A stretch of 63,895 nucleotides of DNA, counting the filler, from Globobulimina sp. (taxonomy: Eukaryota): NCBI GenBank assembly GCA_003354225.1. It is 17 parts of 17 records of this genome, joined end to end, with 100 filler letters (N's around TTAATTAATTAA, not from the genome) between each part and the next. Parts side by side here need not be neighbours in the genome. Positions count along the whole stretch, not along the records: positions 60,236 to 63,895 come from PIVH01002303.1; 16 more parts are not named here. One strand, 5' to 3'. A model generated the notes under the pieces. The model searched no databases, was not told the DNA's origin, and saw only the letters and a program-made list of their open reading frames with translations. The position numbers were made by a program, and so were the translations under genes. Position 1 is the stretch's first letter. Every line of letters starts with the position of its first letter. Positions 60,236-63,895 of the stretch are shown here, piece by piece.

Positions 60236-61912
60236 ATTGGATCGACGATGCGTTTGATTTGCTTTAATTTTTCATATTGTTTTGGTTCATAATAATATCT
60301 CCAGACATCATCAATATTGACACTTTGAAAAGTGCTCCATGTCATTCTTTTATCTTGACCGTCATTAAATGTTTTTGTAGTAAACCATTCATTCCAGGCA
60401 GTCTCTCTCCAATCTAATGCAATTTGTTTTGAATTTGGATTAATAGATTCTGCATAAAATAAATCTGTCACTAACGATATTAAGGCGTTACGATTTGAGA
60501 GAGAGGTAATTTTATTATGCCGATCATATTCATACAATCTGCTGCCAGCACCACCAATTGATATTAACTCCATTACCATAAATACACCGTTTATTGGATT
60601 CATAAATATTTCATCCAACCGACTGATAAATTCATCAATAAATTCATATTTGAGGTTTACATTCGATATTCGGTGACTTTTGACATCTGTTTATTATAAT
60701 TTTGCATACTATGTTACTGTATACTGTATCTCAGATAACTCAATTCAGATTGCAAACTAATATGAATTGGTTCGGAAATCGAGTATATTTATTAAACATA
60801 CATGGAAATGGAAACTCTCGCTCAATATAATACGTCCAAACCGAGGTATGTGCCTTAGATATTGATATCTGTAAATCATCGACACACTCAAAGTTATTAT
60901 AAAACATTTTAACAGTATCGAATAATTTATCGCAATATGTTGAGTTAAATGGTTGATTATTAAGTCCAGCCCAAAAACATTGTATTCTCATTACATTTGT
61001 AGTAGCTGGTTCTCCTTTGACCACTGTAAACCATATACCATTGTTTGGATCATTTAAATAAGCATCGTCGTTATGGATATCAATGAAATTACTAAGCAAT
61101 TCCTTCAAAACATCACCGTTATATAACCAGGAACATTCAACTATTGTACTGGTTGATGTATCTTCATTTTTATTGGCCATAAACTCGTAATTTGTAACTA
61201 TTCCCCACGAGCCAGGGTTGCCACCCATAACACTCCAATATAAATCTTCATTGTATTGATTTTTATTATGCATATCTGGTTTGGTGATATGATATGTTTC
61301 AGCATCACTTAATATAATATCGAATGCTGTGACATAATCTAATAATGCACCATGACTCCGTAAAGTATGTCCGAGTCCACCAGTTTGGACATGACCACCT
61401 AATGCAACGCCTGAACATGTACCACCGGGTAAGTTAAGTTCATTTTGGTCGAGAGCTGAGAACATCTCTCCTAATTTTACACCTGGACCCATCGAAATAT
61501 TATCTTCATCTTCAATTTCAATGTGATTATATTGGGCCATATCGATTTGAATGCACGACGTATTACATGATGATAATCCGCTATATTGATGTCCACCGCT
61601 TCGGACTGATATGGTATAATCACATTGTTTTGCATATGATATCGCTAATTTAATATCTTCATCGCATACTGCTTCAATGATCATTGATGGTTCGACTCGA
61701 TCTGGAAAGGTTGAGTACGCATATTGCTGTTTGGCTGTTAAATATGCCGCATCATCGGTTGGCAAAAATAATTCACCACATAAACTGCTTGAAAAGATTG
61801 TATTCAATGCTGAATCGAAATTGTCACAGTTTGTGTCATACGCAGATATTCCTGAGATGTGGATGAAAATAAGCACGAGATACCAGGACTTTGTCGTTGC
61901 GGTGTTGTTCAT
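60236..61912 (-). CDS. Secreted FAD-linked oxidase, berberine-bridge-enzyme-like (nearly complete)
   Basis: Signal peptide, VRSGGH (FAD His), GGTCSGVALGGH (Cys), and a BBE C-terminus YY...YEKLKQIKRIVDP. Intron 60687-60801. Confidence 0.9.
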
Positions 61913-61972
61913 TGAAAAACCCTTTTTTTTAATTCTGTCAGACTGAACTGTATATAATACGATATGTAAGTA

Positions 61973-63283
61973 ATGGCTAAACAGACACCAGAATTTCTTC
62001 AAATGGTCCGTGTCTGTCAAGAGTTCCAGGAATACATTGGCGATGACAACTGTATCATATACAATATTGATTCCCAACATGCCCCAAAATTTCATATTCA
62101 TCCTCAATTATTAGCCAATAATTTTTTCAAACTACGGAAACTATTTTGTCAGAAATTAAAAGAAATCGTACAAACCATTGCAACAAAAGAAGAGTTATTA
62201 GAATATTTGGAAGAAGAAGAGGTTTCATTCATGCTCAGCCATTTTGGTATCCAAAAAATTATTCAACAGTTAAAAAAATACAAAATAAAGTTAACACAGC
62301 AACAACAATTCGACGAATCAAATATTGGTAAGTCACAACAACAACCATTTATTGAATCAGATAAGAAATTCACGAGAATTTTGGAAAAGATGCAAAAAGA
62401 TTCACCAACTTTTATTTTATGGACATATATGAACTTATACAATTTACGAAAGGTTTCCTCAAAAACTGATTCAATAATTTCCTTGATCTGCATGTGTTAT
62501 TTTTGGATTGGTTTATTTTTAGGCACTCGAAAAGAAGCACAGTTACATAAAAGGTTGAAATCGATCAAAAATAGTACTGAGCATATAAGTGATTTTCATT
62601 ACATTAACACAAAAGCTTTAATTTCAATATGTAACGAATTGCGTTCATGGACAGCAAATGGAATAAACGGCATTTTACAAATCGCTGATGACTACGTGTC
62701 GAATGGTGTCAAATTAGCAGCAGAACATTTTTTCAATTATTTTAGTTGCAAATTATGTCATTCTCACCATGATTATAGTAAATCAGCCTCAATTACAGGA
62801 ACAGAGTTGCTTTCAAATATGGTGCCGCTGACGTACAACTTTCACGTGTCCAAAGTTGTTGGAGTTGTTAAGATTTGCATCAATAATGATTTGATTACAC
62901 GAGTTGAGGAATTAGATACACTGTCATCTCGTTGTATAGAAAATGGCGAACCGTTTATTGCAGTAAGAATGTTAAAGTGCGCTTATAAATTATCAGCTGG
63001 ATATATTGAGCGTGATGGGTTTGATGCAGATTTGGTTGAGGAAAGAATTGCGTTCTTAGATGGTGTTTGGTGGGGCATGAGATGTAATCATTGCAATGCT
63101 AAATGTAGTAACAAGAAACGATCGAAAGTGAAACATAAAGCATGTACCGGGTGTATGAAGGTAGTTTACTGCAGCACGAAATGTCAAAAAATTGATTGGA
63201 ACACAAGGCATAGAATCATTTGCAATATGTCTTGGAAGTCTTTATATGGCGCATTGAAAATGACAATGTTTGACCGTATATAA
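61973..63283 (+). CDS. MYND-type zinc-finger protein
   Basis: CNHC...CTGCMKVVYCSTKCQKIDWNTRHRIIC. Confidence 0.85.
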   Translation: MAKQTPEFLQMVRVCQEFQEYIGDDNCIIYNIDSQHAPKFHIHPQLLANNFFKLRKLFCQKLKEIVQTIATKEELLEYLEEEEVSFMLSHFGIQKIIQQLKKYKIKLTQQQQFDESNIGKSQQQPFIESDKKFTRILEKMQKDSPTFILWTYMNLYNLRKVSSKTDSIISLICMCYFWIGLFLGTRKEAQLHKRLKSIKNSTEHISDFHYINTKALISICNELRSWTANGINGILQIADDYVSNGVKLAAEHFFNYFSCKLCHSHHDYSKSASITGTELLSNMVPLTYNFHVSKVVGVVKICINNDLITRVEELDTLSSRCIENGEPFIAVRMLKCAYKLSAGYIERDGFDADLVEERIAFLDGVWWGMRCNHCNAKCSNKKRSKVKHKACTGCMKVVYCSTKCQKIDWNTRHRIICNMSWKSLYGALKMTMFDRI

Positions 63284-63895
63284 ACATTTGCCAGCAAATG
63301 CTACACCGAATATTATGATATGTTTCAATTGTCTTTGTGTAACGTATTAATGTTTTGCTTTGTGACATATTACCCTTTATTTTTATCTTTAGCTTTGTGT
63401 TATGGTAACTTTATTTTCTTTGTATGCTTTTTTGTGTAATCTTCTTTTAGTCTGATATACTAAAATAAAAGTTAGTGACTGCTTTTTTTTTGCATAAAAA
63501 GTTAGTGTCACTTTCCATAAATATCTGTAGTGATCAGTAAATCCGATAATCCGACGTTGTGTATCTAACGAATTACATTCTTAACTATTTTAAATATTTT
63601 GCTAATTCATCAATTCATATCTCGTGATGAAAGGCTAGATTTCTTAGCGGTATGTATTTGTTATTTTATTTCTTGTTTGTGTTATAGAAATGTACTGCCT
63701 TATAAGGATATGTTTTTAACCACAATTTTACTTATGGTTTCAGAACAGATTCGGCAAAGGCTTGTATGGGATATGCTCTTGCAATAGACTAGCAATATAA
63801 GAATATTGCGCAATATATACAGTAAGAACAACCCCTAATTCGATGCACAAAAAAATAAATTATAACACCACAAAAACTTATAAAGAAATTAGTTT

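Noticed and set aside
61913-62107. Overlap between the BBE-like ORF and the MYND gene
   Set aside because: The oxidase most plausibly starts at 61912 with its signal peptide, which removes the overlap.
1-63895. A signalling 'gene cluster' (MAPK, 7TMs, RGS, RICTOR, GTPases) across the window
   Set aside because: The genes sit on different unlinked contigs; only within-contig neighbourhoods are meaningful.

Overview
This window is not one locus. It is 17 unrelated, size-sorted contigs (3670 down to 3660 bp) joined by artificial 100-bp linkers (N44-TTAATTAATTAA-N44), so adjacency across linkers has no meaning. Almost all of the DNA is from an AT-rich, gene-dense microbial eukaryote with the standard genetic code and short (55-115 bp) GT-AG introns. 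The repertoire of TPR, SPRY, MYND, 7TM and PT-repeat surface proteins resembles a foraminiferan/rhizarian (inference). Recognisable genes include a MAPK, syntaxin-16, FAM76, GPN1, RICTOR, an FMO, a mitochondrial carrier, a BBE-like oxidase and a Ty3/gypsy retrotransposon. One contig is joined to a bacterial ftsL-ftsI fragment. The most striking observations are: (1) a circularly permuted Rab7-like GTPase (motif order G3-G4-G5-G1-G2) inserted into a very large protein; (2) a globin-like + RGS + coiled-coil fusion, a candidate gas-sensing regulator of G-protein signalling; (3) head-to-head with it, a membrane-anchored sulfatase that has lost essentially all catalytic residues; (4) a signal-peptide-bearing heme-oxygenase-like diiron enzyme; (5) a TPR gene bracketed by 104-bp inverted repeats. 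All domain calls are from motif recognition by eye, with no database searches.
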